Part shown: piece by piece, positions 35,669-45,063 of the stretch
Layout of the letters: every line of letters starts with the position of its first letter
How positions within the stretch are numbered: position 1 is the stretch's first letter
NCBI GenBank assembly: GCA_902625325.1
Contig: CACOAW010000002.1
Coordinates: 84,347-148,346, forward strand
Source: an uncultured Candidatus Poseidoniales archaeon
GTDB lineage: Archaea > Thermoplasmatota > Poseidoniia > Poseidoniales > Thalassarchaeaceae
DNA length: 64,000 nucleotides
Direction: 5' to 3'
Notes under the pieces: model-generated
Databases searched by the model: none
Seen by the model: the letters and a program-made list of their open reading frames with translations, nothing else
Told to the model about the DNA's origin: nothing
Position numbers and translations under genes: made by a program

Positions 35669-36304
35669 ATGATGGACCAAGACGACTCTGCAGGAGCCGA
35701 TCCTCAACAGACAATCCGAGACCTCGAACAGCAGGCTGGGAAGGACAAGGAGGCATTGGACAAACTTCTCGTTGCTTACCAGGCCCAGGAGGCTGACATC
35801 GCAGAGATGAAGGCCCAAGTTGAGACCTTGAACCGCGAACTAATCGACAAGGAGACCGAGAAGGAGGGAATCAACAACCTCCTCAGCAACCTCCGAAGGC
35901 AGAAGGACGAGATGGAAGTGGAACTCGCGAAGGCCAACACAAAGATCCCATTCTTAGAGAGCAAACTCGACAAGACCGAGGAGATGCTGGAGAGGGAGAA
36001 GGCAAGACTCGGCCAGGTACTCACCGTCGCAGAGGAGATTGACGAGTCCAATCAAGCCGCTCAAGCTGAGCTAGCAGCCAGGGACGACTGGTACGTACAG
36101 CACATGCAATTGTTCGAAGACCTCAGTGATGCGATTCAGACACGTCACGACATGATTGACAGGGCCATTTCAACCGCCAAGGAGATCCAGTCCAAGCAGG
36201 AATCATTCCAAGAGCAGAAGCAGGCAGTGATAGAGGAAATCAAGGAGATGTCCACCGAAGAAGGACCAACAGAGGAAGACGACTCCAAAACAGAAAAAGA
36301 GTAG
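35669..36304 (+). CDS. Acidic coiled-coil protein, function unknown
   Basis: 211 aa with strongly heptad-like E/K/L/Q content and no recognisable catalytic motif. Confidence 0.5.
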   Translation: MMDQDDSAGADPQQTIRDLEQQAGKDKEALDKLLVAYQAQEADIAEMKAQVETLNRELIDKETEKEGINNLLSNLRRQKDEMEVELAKANTKIPFLESKLDKTEEMLEREKARLGQVLTVAEEIDESNQAAQAELAARDDWYVQHMQLFEDLSDAIQTRHDMIDRAISTAKEIQSKQESFQEQKQAVIEEIKEMSTEEGPTEEDDSKTEKE

Positions 36305-36308
36305 CGAT

Positions 36309-37016
36309 TCACTCCCCTGTCTTCTTTATGAATCTCGCAGGAATCCCTCCCCAGACTTCTCCTGCTGGTATCTCGGTCCACTTTGGAACGACAGCTCTGG
36401 AAGCCACAACAGCGCCATCACCTATCGTACACCCAGGCTGCACAATACTGCCTCCGCCAATTAGGGCGCCATCACCTATCCTCACTGGTGCGAGTACTAT
36501 CTCCCCGCTCTCAACTAGGTGAGCATTAATCGTAGCATCCCCACCCACGACTACGTTATCTCCGATGGTAACCATGGATGCGTCATTAATCATCATCGAA
36601 TTTAGTTGGGCGCCTCTCCCAATCTTAGCACCCATCATCCGGTAATACAAATTTGCAAGGAAGGAGGGTACTACGAGGCCTAGGAAAATCTGAGCGACCC
36701 TGTGAGACACCAATGAGAATGCCCATTGAATTGTAATGAAGGATCTCAGAGAATACCTCCCCTCTTCCTTCCTGATTCTGAACAGGCCCCCCATTAGTCC
36801 GCATATGAGTAATAGTACGACTCCCCAAATGATGTAACCTAGGCCCAAACCGACACAGATTCCAAGTGCCTCAACCAGTCCTCCCTTCCCTTCTGTCATC
36901 GACGTCAAATCGGTGAATAGCAGATACGAGGGAACCATAGCCAAACCGATGATAACCCCAAAGAGCGCCATCACAAGAACTGAGAGCACATTCTGAACCA
37001 GTTCGAAATTCTTCAT
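36309..37016 (-). CDS. Membrane-anchored hexapeptide-repeat (left-handed beta-helix) acyltransferase-like protein
   Basis: 3-4 N-terminal hydrophobic helices are followed by 'GAKIGRGAQL..MMINDASMVTIGDNVVVGGDATINAHL....IVLAPVRIGDGALIGGGSIVQPGCTIGDGAVVASRAVV'. The ATG at 37016 lies 1 nt after the upstream MFS stop. The longer ORF to 37091 would overlap the MFS gene. Confidence 0.7.
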   Translation of the reverse strand: MKNFELVQNVLSVLVMALFGVIIGLAMVPSYLLFTDLTSMTEGKGGLVEALGICVGLGLGYIIWGVVLLLICGLMGGLFRIRKEEGRYSLRSFITIQWAFSLVSHRVAQIFLGLVVPSFLANLYYRMMGAKIGRGAQLNSMMINDASMVTIGDNVVVGGDATINAHLVESGEIVLAPVRIGDGALIGGGSIVQPGCTIGDGAVVASRAVVPKWTEIPAGEVWGGIPARFIKKTGE

Positions 37017-37017
37017 T

Positions 37018-38829
37018 CTACTCCTCCTCGGAGTACAATCCGGCATCAATATCTGCCTGTCTAGCAACCCTTTTTCCTTCCTCAACGTCAATTAACGGGA
37101 AAAGAAGCATCCCCAAGACGAGTATCATTAGCAGCACCATAATCCCAAACCTCGTGTCGAAAGCAGCAGAGAAAAATGCGAAAATGAACGGACCAATCAC
37201 TGCAGCAGCCTTGCCCATGAAGCCAAAGAAGCCGAAGAACTCAGTAGTCCTCGACTTTGGAACAAGATATGCGAACAGACTCCTGGCCTGTGCCCCCGCA
37301 GAGCCCTGGACGAACCCAACCAAGGTCCCCAGGAGTATCCATTGTAACGTTACTCCGAAGTTTAGAGGGCCCCAGAAGTTGTCTCTCAGGAAATTAGGCC
37401 ACCAGTCAATAGGCCCTCCTTCGATAATTGTGATGTGATTGTGCCCAACTGAGTGGTAACCATCTAGGATTCCACCCTTGAATGAGAATGACCACCTGTG
37501 ATCGAGCATTTCGTGCATTTCAGACTCAAGAAGCATCGCCTCATCAACCGATATCCTCGTTCTCTCTACGTCAGAATCAGACCAAACGTCACCATCCAAG
37601 GCTCCTTCAATCATGTAATGCAGGAAGGCGTTCCTGAACTCCTCATCGCCTAATCCAGACTTGCTAACCCAACCCTTCACTCCTCTTTCATGAAGGGTGG
37701 AGAGGACGTATTCATCAGATTCAGAATCGTAATCGTACCTGAAGTCGAACCTATCGTGGTCATCCTCCAGGTCAAGCGGTGCGAACCCAGTTGCAAGGAT
37801 TAGAACAACCATGTAGACACCGATAGATCCCCCGAGAACTGACTTTGCGCCGTATCTTGCAGCCAACATCCCCCCTACTACTGACATCGGGATGGCAATT
37901 ATGTTGGCCAGAAGAATAAGAACGAAATTCATCAATACCGGCAGTCGCAGATCATTTTCAGCGAATGAAGTCGCAACTCCTCCAACAGTGTGGAGAACGT
38001 CATAGAACAGAAGGTAAGATACCAGGTAAATTACTAAAATTCTGTATTTCTTTAACTCCCTAAAAGTACTCCTGACTTCGTTAAGCCCATCACCAACAGC
38101 CTCCATAATAGAACCATAAGACCTCTCATTTGCGATTTTCGGCTCCGGAGTGTTCCTAAAGAATGGTAGACCAAAACCAAGCCACCAGAGAGAAGTGGTC
38201 ACGAATGCGAAGGTCAGTGTCCATGGTCCGTAAGCATCCGTTAGTCCGAACGCACCCGTCACCAAGACGACTAGGTGCAATATCAGAATTAGAGACCCAC
38301 CAGCGAAGCCATAGGCATATCCCCAGCTCGATACCTTCTCCATCTGGTTTTGTTCAGCTAGATATGGCATGAATGCGTAGTATATCGTGTTACCACCAGC
38401 CATCCCTATCTGGCCCATTAGGAAGCAGAAAGCCAGAAGTCTATAGGCAGAATTAGCATCCAAGTGGGGTGCAACTCCCATGAATGCAGTGAACACGACT
38501 CCTAATAACGTGTAGATCCACACTATCTTCTTCTTGATTCTGATCCTATCTGCAATGGCTCCGAGAATGGGACTGGAAATAGCGACAAAAACCATGGACA
38601 AACCAAGTATTGCTGCATAGAAAGACGTCCCAGTGACATTGAATCCTACGATTTCGGACGAGCCCCCCGTTGCTAGATTGAAGTACCTCGTAATTAGTTG
38701 GCCGCCAAGTACAGTCCCAACTGTCAATGCGAATGCTTGGTTAGCCCAATCGTACCAGTACCAACTCGTCAGAGCCCTGTTGTCATCTTCATTCATCCCG
38801 TCAATTTTTCCTCCTAATGAAAACGCCAT
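37018..38829 (-). CDS. MFS transporter, UMF1/Atg22-like family, with ~130-aa hydrophilic insertion
   Basis: 'TSWYWYDWANQAF' is the UMF1 N-terminal signature, and there are ~12 hydrophobic helices. I placed the start at Met54 of the ORF (38829). The full ORF to 38988 would overlap the divergent gene starting at 38942. Confidence 0.7.
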   Translation of the reverse strand: MAFSLGGKIDGMNEDDNRALTSWYWYDWANQAFALTVGTVLGGQLITRYFNLATGGSSEIVGFNVTGTSFYAAILGLSMVFVAISSPILGAIADRIRIKKKIVWIYTLLGVVFTAFMGVAPHLDANSAYRLLAFCFLMGQIGMAGGNTIYYAFMPYLAEQNQMEKVSSWGYAYGFAGGSLILILHLVVLVTGAFGLTDAYGPWTLTFAFVTTSLWWLGFGLPFFRNTPEPKIANERSYGSIMEAVGDGLNEVRSTFRELKKYRILVIYLVSYLLFYDVLHTVGGVATSFAENDLRLPVLMNFVLILLANIIAIPMSVVGGMLAARYGAKSVLGGSIGVYMVVLILATGFAPLDLEDDHDRFDFRYDYDSESDEYVLSTLHERGVKGWVSKSGLGDEEFRNAFLHYMIEGALDGDVWSDSDVERTRISVDEAMLLESEMHEMLDHRWSFSFKGGILDGYHSVGHNHITIIEGGPIDWWPNFLRDNFWGPLNFGVTLQWILLGTLVGFVQGSAGAQARSLFAYLVPKSRTTEFFGFFGFMGKAAAVIGPFIFAFFSAAFDTRFGIMVLLMILVLGMLLFPLIDVEEGKRVARQADIDAGLYSEEE

Positions 38830-38941
38830 CTTATCACCATTATTGTCCACAGCATTTAGACGTTTAGTGTATTCTCCAACATCTAGTGTTAAACACTTCT
38901 GAAACACGTCAATATCAAGAGCAGGACATGGAACGGGCATC

Positions 38942-40075
38942 ATGGCCAATGCATGCGGAGTGCTGGGAAATGGCTCCAAGGCCGTCAAGGTCCATCATCT
39001 AATCAAGGCTCCAGAGAATACCCCTGAGTCTGTTTCATTCCGTGAGTCTTGGGATGCAAGTAAGCCAGTCACTGTCTACAAGACTCCCGAGAATCTACCC
39101 GATGGCACGCCGTGTATAGCAGCTACAGTGATACTGAGATCAAAGGGTTGTGCTTGGTGGTGGAAGTCAGGTTGCACATTCTGTGGCTACTTCAATGACG
39201 TCAGAGACAATGTGTCCGCAGAAGATATGTTTTCTCAGTGGGAATTTGCTAAGAAAACTACGAATCAATTTGAAGACTGCGGAATGGTCAAGGTCTACAC
39301 CTCGGGAACCTTCTTCGAAGATCGAGAGAACTCTCCCGAGTGGCAGGACCTTGTTCTGCGAGAAACTGCCCAGATGGGACTACATCTAGTAGTCGAAGCA
39401 CAGGCTCAGATGTGTACTCCCGAGAAGATATCATGGGTCGCAGAGAGGCATCCCGATTGTACTGTGGCAATTGGACTAGAAGCCTTTGACGACAGAGTCC
39501 TTCGTTTCCATGTCAACAAGGGTTTCACTACGAAGCAATGGCATTCAGCGGTCCAAATGCTTCGGGACAACAACTTGCGCGTGAAGACATACCTTCTGTT
39601 CAAGCCACCCTTTATGTCCGAGGGCGACGCACTTGTGCATACGACCTCCTGGCTCACCAAAGTGGCTCCATATTCTGACGAAGTCTCAGTCAACCCAATG
39701 AACATCCAGAAGAATACGATTGTCGATAGACTGTTCAGAAACAAGGAGTACAGACCTCCCTGGCTATGGTCGTTGGTTGAGATGATCTTGAGGTCGCACG
39801 AGCATCTTGGAGATGACTCTTGTAGGATTATCGTCCACCCCACGGCAGGTGGAAAGATTCGTGGAGCTCACAATTGCGGGGAATGTGACAATGAGGTCGT
39901 AGCAGCTATAGAGAGATACTCAGTATCCGGGGATACTGAGGAATTCAGCCACCTTGAATGCTCATGTAAGTCACATTGGAGAGCAGAAATAGAGAATGAT
40001 AACAGCTTCCCTATACCTCTTGGCTTTGGAACGTTCCGTAGAGGAAACCCGACAGACATTGTTCGTGCCCCTTAA
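38942..40075 (+). CDS. Radical-SAM protein, TIGR01210/COG1244 family (archaeosine-synthesis RaSEA-like)
   Basis: 'VILRSKGCAWWWKSGCTFCGYFND' resembles the family's 'LRT.GC.....C.MCGY' cluster motif from memory. A C-terminal 'CGECD' motif is also present. Confidence 0.5.
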   Translation: MANACGVLGNGSKAVKVHHLIKAPENTPESVSFRESWDASKPVTVYKTPENLPDGTPCIAATVILRSKGCAWWWKSGCTFCGYFNDVRDNVSAEDMFSQWEFAKKTTNQFEDCGMVKVYTSGTFFEDRENSPEWQDLVLRETAQMGLHLVVEAQAQMCTPEKISWVAERHPDCTVAIGLEAFDDRVLRFHVNKGFTTKQWHSAVQMLRDNNLRVKTYLLFKPPFMSEGDALVHTTSWLTKVAPYSDEVSVNPMNIQKNTIVDRLFRNKEYRPPWLWSLVEMILRSHEHLGDDSCRIIVHPTAGGKIRGAHNCGECDNEVVAAIERYSVSGDTEEFSHLECSCKSHWRAEIENDNSFPIPLGFGTFRRGNPTDIVRAP

Positions 40076-40160
40076 CGCCGTTGACTAGCTGTGTACGCCC
40101 AACGCTTAAGGGCAAATCTCCGGTGGTTAATGACGAATCGTGAGATTCCGGGGTGATTGA

Positions 40161-40439
40161 TTGTCCGATGAGGAATCAACTTTGATTGGTGAGTTCTTGC
40201 AAGGCGAGGGAGAACCATCGTCGTCATGGGTAATGCTGGTGATGGGTTTTGTCTCCACAATAGTGTTCCTGGTCCTGTATGGAATACTCTTCCCTTCCAG
40301 TGACCTTCCAGTAATTTCTAGCGTTCTTCCCGTCTTCGATGGGGTTTTCGACTCAGGAATATGGTTCTTCATCCTAGGGGCCATGATTGGTATTTTTGCA
40401 ATATTGGGGACAATGCTAACCGAGGCAACCAGTGAGTGA
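40161..40439 (+). CDS. Small two-to-three-helix membrane protein
   Basis: 92 aa with a TTG start and hydrophobic stretches 'WVMLVMGFVSTIVFLVLYGILF' and 'IWFFILGAMIGIFAILG'. It lies immediately upstream (9 nt) of the large membrane-protein gene. Confidence 0.4.
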   Translation: MSDEESTLIGEFLQGEGEPSSSWVMLVMGFVSTIVFLVLYGILFPSSDLPVISSVLPVFDGVFDSGIWFFILGAMIGIFAILGTMLTEATSE

Positions 40440-40448
40440 GGCAATCAT

Positions 40449-42110
40449 ATGGGGCTAATCACTGTAATGGTTACCTTCTGGCTGATAACCCTGGTTGTCT
40501 TCATCCTGGTAAACAGGGGAATATGGGTATTCACAGATGTCTCGAAGAGTATGAGTCTGTTCATGCTCGAGAAGGCACTTGGCCCGCCCATAGACTTCGT
40601 AGACGGAAAAAAGGGCTCAGCATCCACCACTTGGATATTGCAAGGAGCCCTCTGGATAATCCCCGCCTCATTGGTTACATTCTGCGGACTTTGGCTTTCA
40701 CACGACCCCCTAGCTCTTCACAGCCTAACAGCATGGGGGCTGAATCCGGTATCGACATCCTTGACGACATCGGGAATACTCATTGCAGTATACGGGTCGA
40801 TGGGGATGCTCCTAATCGGCTCCTCGATGCATATAGTACCAGAATTAGGCGCAACCTCTCTGGCTACGGAGAAGAATGCAACCCTAATGTCGTTTGTTTG
40901 GACGATAGCAGTGATTGTGATGTTCATCGGCGCAAACAAGCCTGAAATCGCCGGCGTCTCTGTAATGCCGATAGCTACCATACTCACCAACCTAGTACTT
41001 ATTGCTGTAATTGTCAATATGCTACTTACCGCTGCGTCTAGGACCAGGAAGATGCCCCTGCCTGCCTGGATGATGATTATTGGAATGATCTCAGCACCAA
41101 TCTCCATACTATCCCTAGCGCTCACGGGTTATCTTGATTCAGGATCAGGTCAATGGCTGGCCACTAGGTTCAGCGGGACCTCATTCTTCCTAATGGTATC
41201 TGGAGCGATTCTCTATGGTTCTTCAAGAGGTAGTGGAAACCCACTTTGGTCAAGATCTCTGGCAGCAGTTACCATGGCCGGTGCTATCATCTCGATCAAT
41301 CCAGCTGGTCTTATCGAAGGCGACATTGCTTCCGACTTCCTTGGAATCGAGACTGCAACCTTCGATCCAACTAGAAACGATATCGTAGCAGGATCTTTCC
41401 TGCTGGCACTTTCACTCATACCGATTATCGCCCTTTCTGCCAACGTTCTAGCGACAATGAGGGGGGATGACGTGTTTATGGAGAACCCCGACTCTCCTGG
41501 AATGCCAGAAATCAATCTAGCTGCGTTCATGGCCGTACCCATTGCTATCGGAGGCCTATTTGTCCACACTGACTACATCACAGGAACCAATGAACTAACG
41601 GGAATTCATACTTCTCTGGTTCTTCTGGGTCTTTGGGTTGTCTTCATCCCCGCCTCACTGGGCTCTGCTCTATCCATTTTCCCTGAGGTTTCAGGAAGAA
41701 ACATGCTTTCCATTAATCGTTCCAGATGGGCATTCTGGTTGATGTCCGGGGGGGCTTTCTCGGGGCTAGTCTTCACAATGATGGCTGATTTTTCCGACAT
41801 GGCACTTATTGAAGCAGCAGTCGAGGAAGAAAACTCGACTGCGAATAGGATTCGCGTTCTTGGATCCGTCCTTTTCTACGGCACGGTCATCGGTTCAGTT
41901 TACCACTCATTGAACATGATTAGCGGGACATTCAGAGGGCCCCTGGTTAGCGAGGAGCAAAACATCTCGTCAACGTCAATTTCCAGCCCTTATATGCTAA
42001 CAAAGGAGACTACGGTCAGGAAGATTCTAGCCCAGAGGGAGGGGAAACTAGACACAGTAGTGGTACCGGAATCCAGCACCGAGCTCCCAGGTAGCGCTAC
42101 AGAGATTTGA
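40449..42110 (+). CDS. Polytopic (>=12 TM) integral membrane protein, unknown function
   Basis: 553 aa with hydrophobic helices throughout and a hydrophilic C-terminal tail. I recognised no transporter signature. Confidence 0.6.
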   Translation: MGLITVMVTFWLITLVVFILVNRGIWVFTDVSKSMSLFMLEKALGPPIDFVDGKKGSASTTWILQGALWIIPASLVTFCGLWLSHDPLALHSLTAWGLNPVSTSLTTSGILIAVYGSMGMLLIGSSMHIVPELGATSLATEKNATLMSFVWTIAVIVMFIGANKPEIAGVSVMPIATILTNLVLIAVIVNMLLTAASRTRKMPLPAWMMIIGMISAPISILSLALTGYLDSGSGQWLATRFSGTSFFLMVSGAILYGSSRGSGNPLWSRSLAAVTMAGAIISINPAGLIEGDIASDFLGIETATFDPTRNDIVAGSFLLALSLIPIIALSANVLATMRGDDVFMENPDSPGMPEINLAAFMAVPIAIGGLFVHTDYITGTNELTGIHTSLVLLGLWVVFIPASLGSALSIFPEVSGRNMLSINRSRWAFWLMSGGAFSGLVFTMMADFSDMALIEAAVEEENSTANRIRVLGSVLFYGTVIGSVYHSLNMISGTFRGPLVSEEQNISSTSISSPYMLTKETTVRKILAQREGKLDTVVVPESSTELPGSATEI

Positions 42111-42160
42111 TTTGACCACATAGCCCATGGGTCAATAGCCACTGCCTCCATCGGGATATC

Positions 42161-43444
42161 ATGAGAATAGGATTGGTAGGGAAGCCCAATGTGGGGAAAT
42201 CGACAACCTTCTCAGCATTGACTGAGATGCCGGTTGATATCGCAAACTACCCGTTTACGACAATAGAACCTAATGTTGGAGTCACTTGGATACCGCTTCC
42301 AAGCCCTTGTGCCTGTTCAGAGCTACGTGAAAAAAGGGAATCTTCCGGCCGTCTGGATCCCTATGGGCCAGATGATGATAGGGGGGGCAGCATATGCTCG
42401 CCCAACACCGGTTCATGTTCCGGATTCAAGAGGTTGGTTCCAGTGACCCTGGTCGATGTAGCCGGTTTGGTTCCTGGGGCTCACGAGGGAAGGGGCAGGG
42501 GGAACCAATTTCTCTCAGATCTCTCCAGGTGTGACGCCCTAATCCAGGTCGTCGACGTATCCGGAACAACTGACTTAGAGGGAAATCCGGTAGGTTCGGG
42601 TGGCTCGGAGCCGATTGAAGAGCATCGCTTCCTCCTGTCTGAGCTGGACTCGTGGATCATGGGCATAATAGGGAATGGATGGGAAAGAGTCTCGAGAAGG
42701 GCCCAAGCAGAAGGAAGGAGAGCCGTACAAGAGCACTTGATGGACAGATTGACTGGAATCGGGGCCAAGGACATTCATATTTCTGCGGGCATCTCATACG
42801 TGCAGAGGGAATACCCGGATTCACAAGACATCTCATCATGGGGGGATGACCAACTAAGGACAATCGCTTCATCAATCCGGAAGAGCATGTTCCCGATATC
42901 TATTGCAGCAAACAAGGCAGACAATCTGATTCACAATTGTAGAGAGTTAGAGTCGGAAATCGAGTCCTCTGGAGGGAGGGTTATTTTCACCAGCGCTGAG
43001 GCCGAGCTGGCTCTTCGTAGAGCTTCTTCTTCTGGAATGATAATCTACCAACCAGGAGACTCTGACTTCAGCCTAACAGAAGCGGGCGAGGATATGCTCT
43101 CAGAAAGGCAGAGAGAAGCACTGGGGTCAATCTCCGATTCTATTTCTTCTTGGAGAGGTGGCGGTCTAGTTGGCCTTCTTTCTGACATGGTCTTCAGACA
43201 ACTGTCAAGAGTTGTATGTTACCCTGTTCAGGATGAGACTCATTGGGTGGACGGAGACGGAAAATCCCTGCCTGACGCTATCCTAGTTCCCACTGGAACC
43301 ACCTCTAAGGGACTCGCGTACCAAGTGCATTCTGATCTAGGGGAAGGATTCGTGAGGGCCATAGATGCGAGAACTGGAAGAGTGATTGGAGCTGATCACG
43401 AACTTTCTGACGGGGACGTGGTCTCCATCCTAGCAAAGATCTAG
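42161..43444 (+). CDS. Obg-like P-loop GTPase/ATPase (YchF/OLA1-DRG clade) with C-terminal TGS-like domain
   Basis: G1 'GLVGKPNVGKST', G2 region 'ANYPFTTIEPNVG', G3 'LVDVAGLV', G4 'AANKAD', and the TGS-like end 'LAYQVHSDLGEGFVRAIDARTGRVIGADHELSDGDVVSI'. Confidence 0.8.
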   Translation: MRIGLVGKPNVGKSTTFSALTEMPVDIANYPFTTIEPNVGVTWIPLPSPCACSELREKRESSGRLDPYGPDDDRGGSICSPNTGSCSGFKRLVPVTLVDVAGLVPGAHEGRGRGNQFLSDLSRCDALIQVVDVSGTTDLEGNPVGSGGSEPIEEHRFLLSELDSWIMGIIGNGWERVSRRAQAEGRRAVQEHLMDRLTGIGAKDIHISAGISYVQREYPDSQDISSWGDDQLRTIASSIRKSMFPISIAANKADNLIHNCRELESEIESSGGRVIFTSAEAELALRRASSSGMIIYQPGDSDFSLTEAGEDMLSERQREALGSISDSISSWRGGGLVGLLSDMVFRQLSRVVCYPVQDETHWVDGDGKSLPDAILVPTGTTSKGLAYQVHSDLGEGFVRAIDARTGRVIGADHELSDGDVVSILAKI

Positions 43445-44178
43445 TCCTGAGTTGAGACTTCGGATAGCTCAATTATCAAATCGTAGCTCACAGCGGTCCA
43501 ACTGATATCGAAATCCTCATCGTCGTCAATCGCTTCCCCCGCTATCGGGACTGGGACTGCTTCAATATCAGCAGTGATAGTGGCTATCCACGCTCCTCTG
43601 CCCCTGCCTCCATCGTTCCAAAACTCTCTGATTTCTTTCTCGGTCATATTCTGCTCCGAGTAACTCTCGCCAGTATAGCCCTGTGTGACGTCCCACCTCA
43701 TCGTGAATCCACCATTTCCTCCTCCAGAGCAGGCTCCATCTGCAGTCTGGTCATCAACTCCCTCAATTTCACTTAGATCGCTCTCTCCATCAACGGTGTC
43801 CGTGAACCCTGGTCCGGCTTCGTCGTTATCGAAGCATGATATCTCTAGTTGCACGTATCCTATGCTTAGTTCCGTCTCAATCATCAAGTCGAAGAATGAG
43901 TCGTGACTCTGCCCATCGCCTAGAGTGACTGACTCCGTCAGCGTCGTCGAGACTTCCTCGAAACTGACCTGCAGAGAACCCGAAAGACCTGAGGATCCGC
44001 CACCCCCAAGCTCATCGTCTATCAGAGAAGGCAGAGCCTCGAAGTATATCGGAAATGCAACGAGGAATACCACGGTTCCAGCCAGGGTCTTTACCTTCTG
44101 AGGGGTATCTACCAGGTCTTGAAAGTCCATGCCGCTTCGCTTGTCGCTCTCTGGCCTCCCTATCAATTTCTCTCCCAA
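43441..44178 (-). CDS. N-terminally anchored, very acidic extracytoplasmic protein, unknown function
   Basis: One hydrophobic helix 'LAGTVVFLVAFPIYF' is followed by a D/E/G/T-rich domain. The gene overlaps the convergent GTPase stop by 4 nt. Confidence 0.45.
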   Translation of the reverse strand: MGEKLIGRPESDKRSGMDFQDLVDTPQKVKTLAGTVVFLVAFPIYFEALPSLIDDELGGGGSSGLSGSLQVSFEEVSTTLTESVTLGDGQSHDSFFDLMIETELSIGYVQLEISCFDNDEAGPGFTDTVDGESDLSEIEGVDDQTADGACSGGGNGGFTMRWDVTQGYTGESYSEQNMTEKEIREFWNDGGRGRGAWIATITADIEAVPVPIAGEAIDDDEDFDISWTAVSYDLIIELSEVSTQD

Positions 44179-44202
44179 TGTGAATCATTGTGGTGTCAAT
44201 CA

Positions 44203-44697
44203 TCAGTCTTGAAGTCCCTTCCAGTCCCCTATATCAATGCCCTCTTTGGAAAAGATCTTCCTGGACTTTCTGAATTCTGGAAGGAGATAACCTATTATCG
44301 ATCTCTCCATGAAAGTCCACCTCCATGGACACCTTGGCAGTTTTGTTGTCCATTGATTCAGGAATTCTTTCCAACCCTCATCAAATTCCTCTGGAATTCT
44401 GAAGGTCACGAAGGACAGCCTTCCAGATGACCCGGGGACGTAGCTCCAAGATCTGATCTCCAGTCCCTTGGCATCACCATCTGTAACCTTCAGACCGAGA
44501 ACCCTAGCTCTCTTCGCTATTGGAACAATAATTGCCCAACGGTGAACCAAGGTTGAGTCTTGAAATCGATTCATTTCCCATCCGCGACTCTCGCCAATTA
44601 TCCTCATGGCCCTGATGGCTTCGGTGGGCACTATGCTGACGGGAATCTCCAGCATCCGCTCCATTGGCATTGGGATACCCTCGAGGCCCTCGCCCAT
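44203..44697 (-). CDS. Hypothetical protein (164 aa)
   Basis: An intact ORF directly downstream of rpl12, in the same orientation. No motif recognised. Confidence 0.4.
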   Translation of the reverse strand: MGEGLEGIPMPMERMLEIPVSIVPTEAIRAMRIIGESRGWEMNRFQDSTLVHRWAIIVPIAKRARVLGLKVTDGDAKGLEIRSWSYVPGSSGRLSFVTFRIPEEFDEGWKEFLNQWTTKLPRCPWRWTFMERSIIGYLLPEFRKSRKIFSKEGIDIGDWKGLQD

Positions 44698-44731
44698 AGC
44701 GGCTTCGCGTTAATTCGTTCCAATCGTTGCT

Positions 44732-45046
44732 TCAGCCGAATAGGGAGCCAAGACCTTCGAAACCGCCCGCCTCTTCCTCGGGCTCCTCTGCCGCCTCTTC
44801 CTCAGCGGGAGCAGCCTCAGCGGCAGCTCCACCGGAAGAAGCAGCAGGAGCAGCCGAAGCCACTGGGGCGGCGACCGCGGTCGCCATGGCCTCATCGATG
44901 TCAACGGAGCCTAGAGAGGCTACTAGGGCCTTCACACGAGCCCCATCAGCCTCGACTCCTGCAGCCTTCAGCACTGAGCCGACGGCCTTGTCATCGATGT
45001 CCTTTCCTGCAGAATGCAACAACATTGCAGCATACACATATTCCAT
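44732..45046 (-). CDS. rpl12: Ribosomal stalk protein P1 (aL12)
   Basis: '[42 protein letters not shown]', an Ala/Glu-rich hinge, and the terminal '[10 protein letters not shown]'. An AGGTGA Shine-Dalgarno-like sequence precedes this ATG. An upstream ATG at 45067 (ATGA overlap with the P0 stop) is an alternative start. Confidence 0.9.
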   Translation of the reverse strand: MEYVYAAMLLHSAGKDIDDKAVGSVLKAAGVEADGARVKALVASLGSVDIDEAMATAVAAPVASAAPAASSGGAAAEAAPAEEEAAEEPEEEAGGFEGLGSLFG

Positions 45047-45063
45047 TTCATTCACCTTTTCAT

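Noticed and set aside
38830-38988. Longer N-terminus of the MFS ORF overlapping the divergently transcribed radical-SAM gene start
   Set aside because: Two divergent genes overlapping at their 5' ends would leave no promoter space. The UMF1 signature begins shortly after Met54/Met65, so an internal start is more plausible. The exact start remains uncertain.
40449-42110. Heme-copper oxidase subunit I / NorB-like identity for the 553-aa membrane protein
   Set aside because: The canonical six-His ligand pattern (for example the HPEVY and HH motifs) is not present. Only the general 12-TM size is similar.
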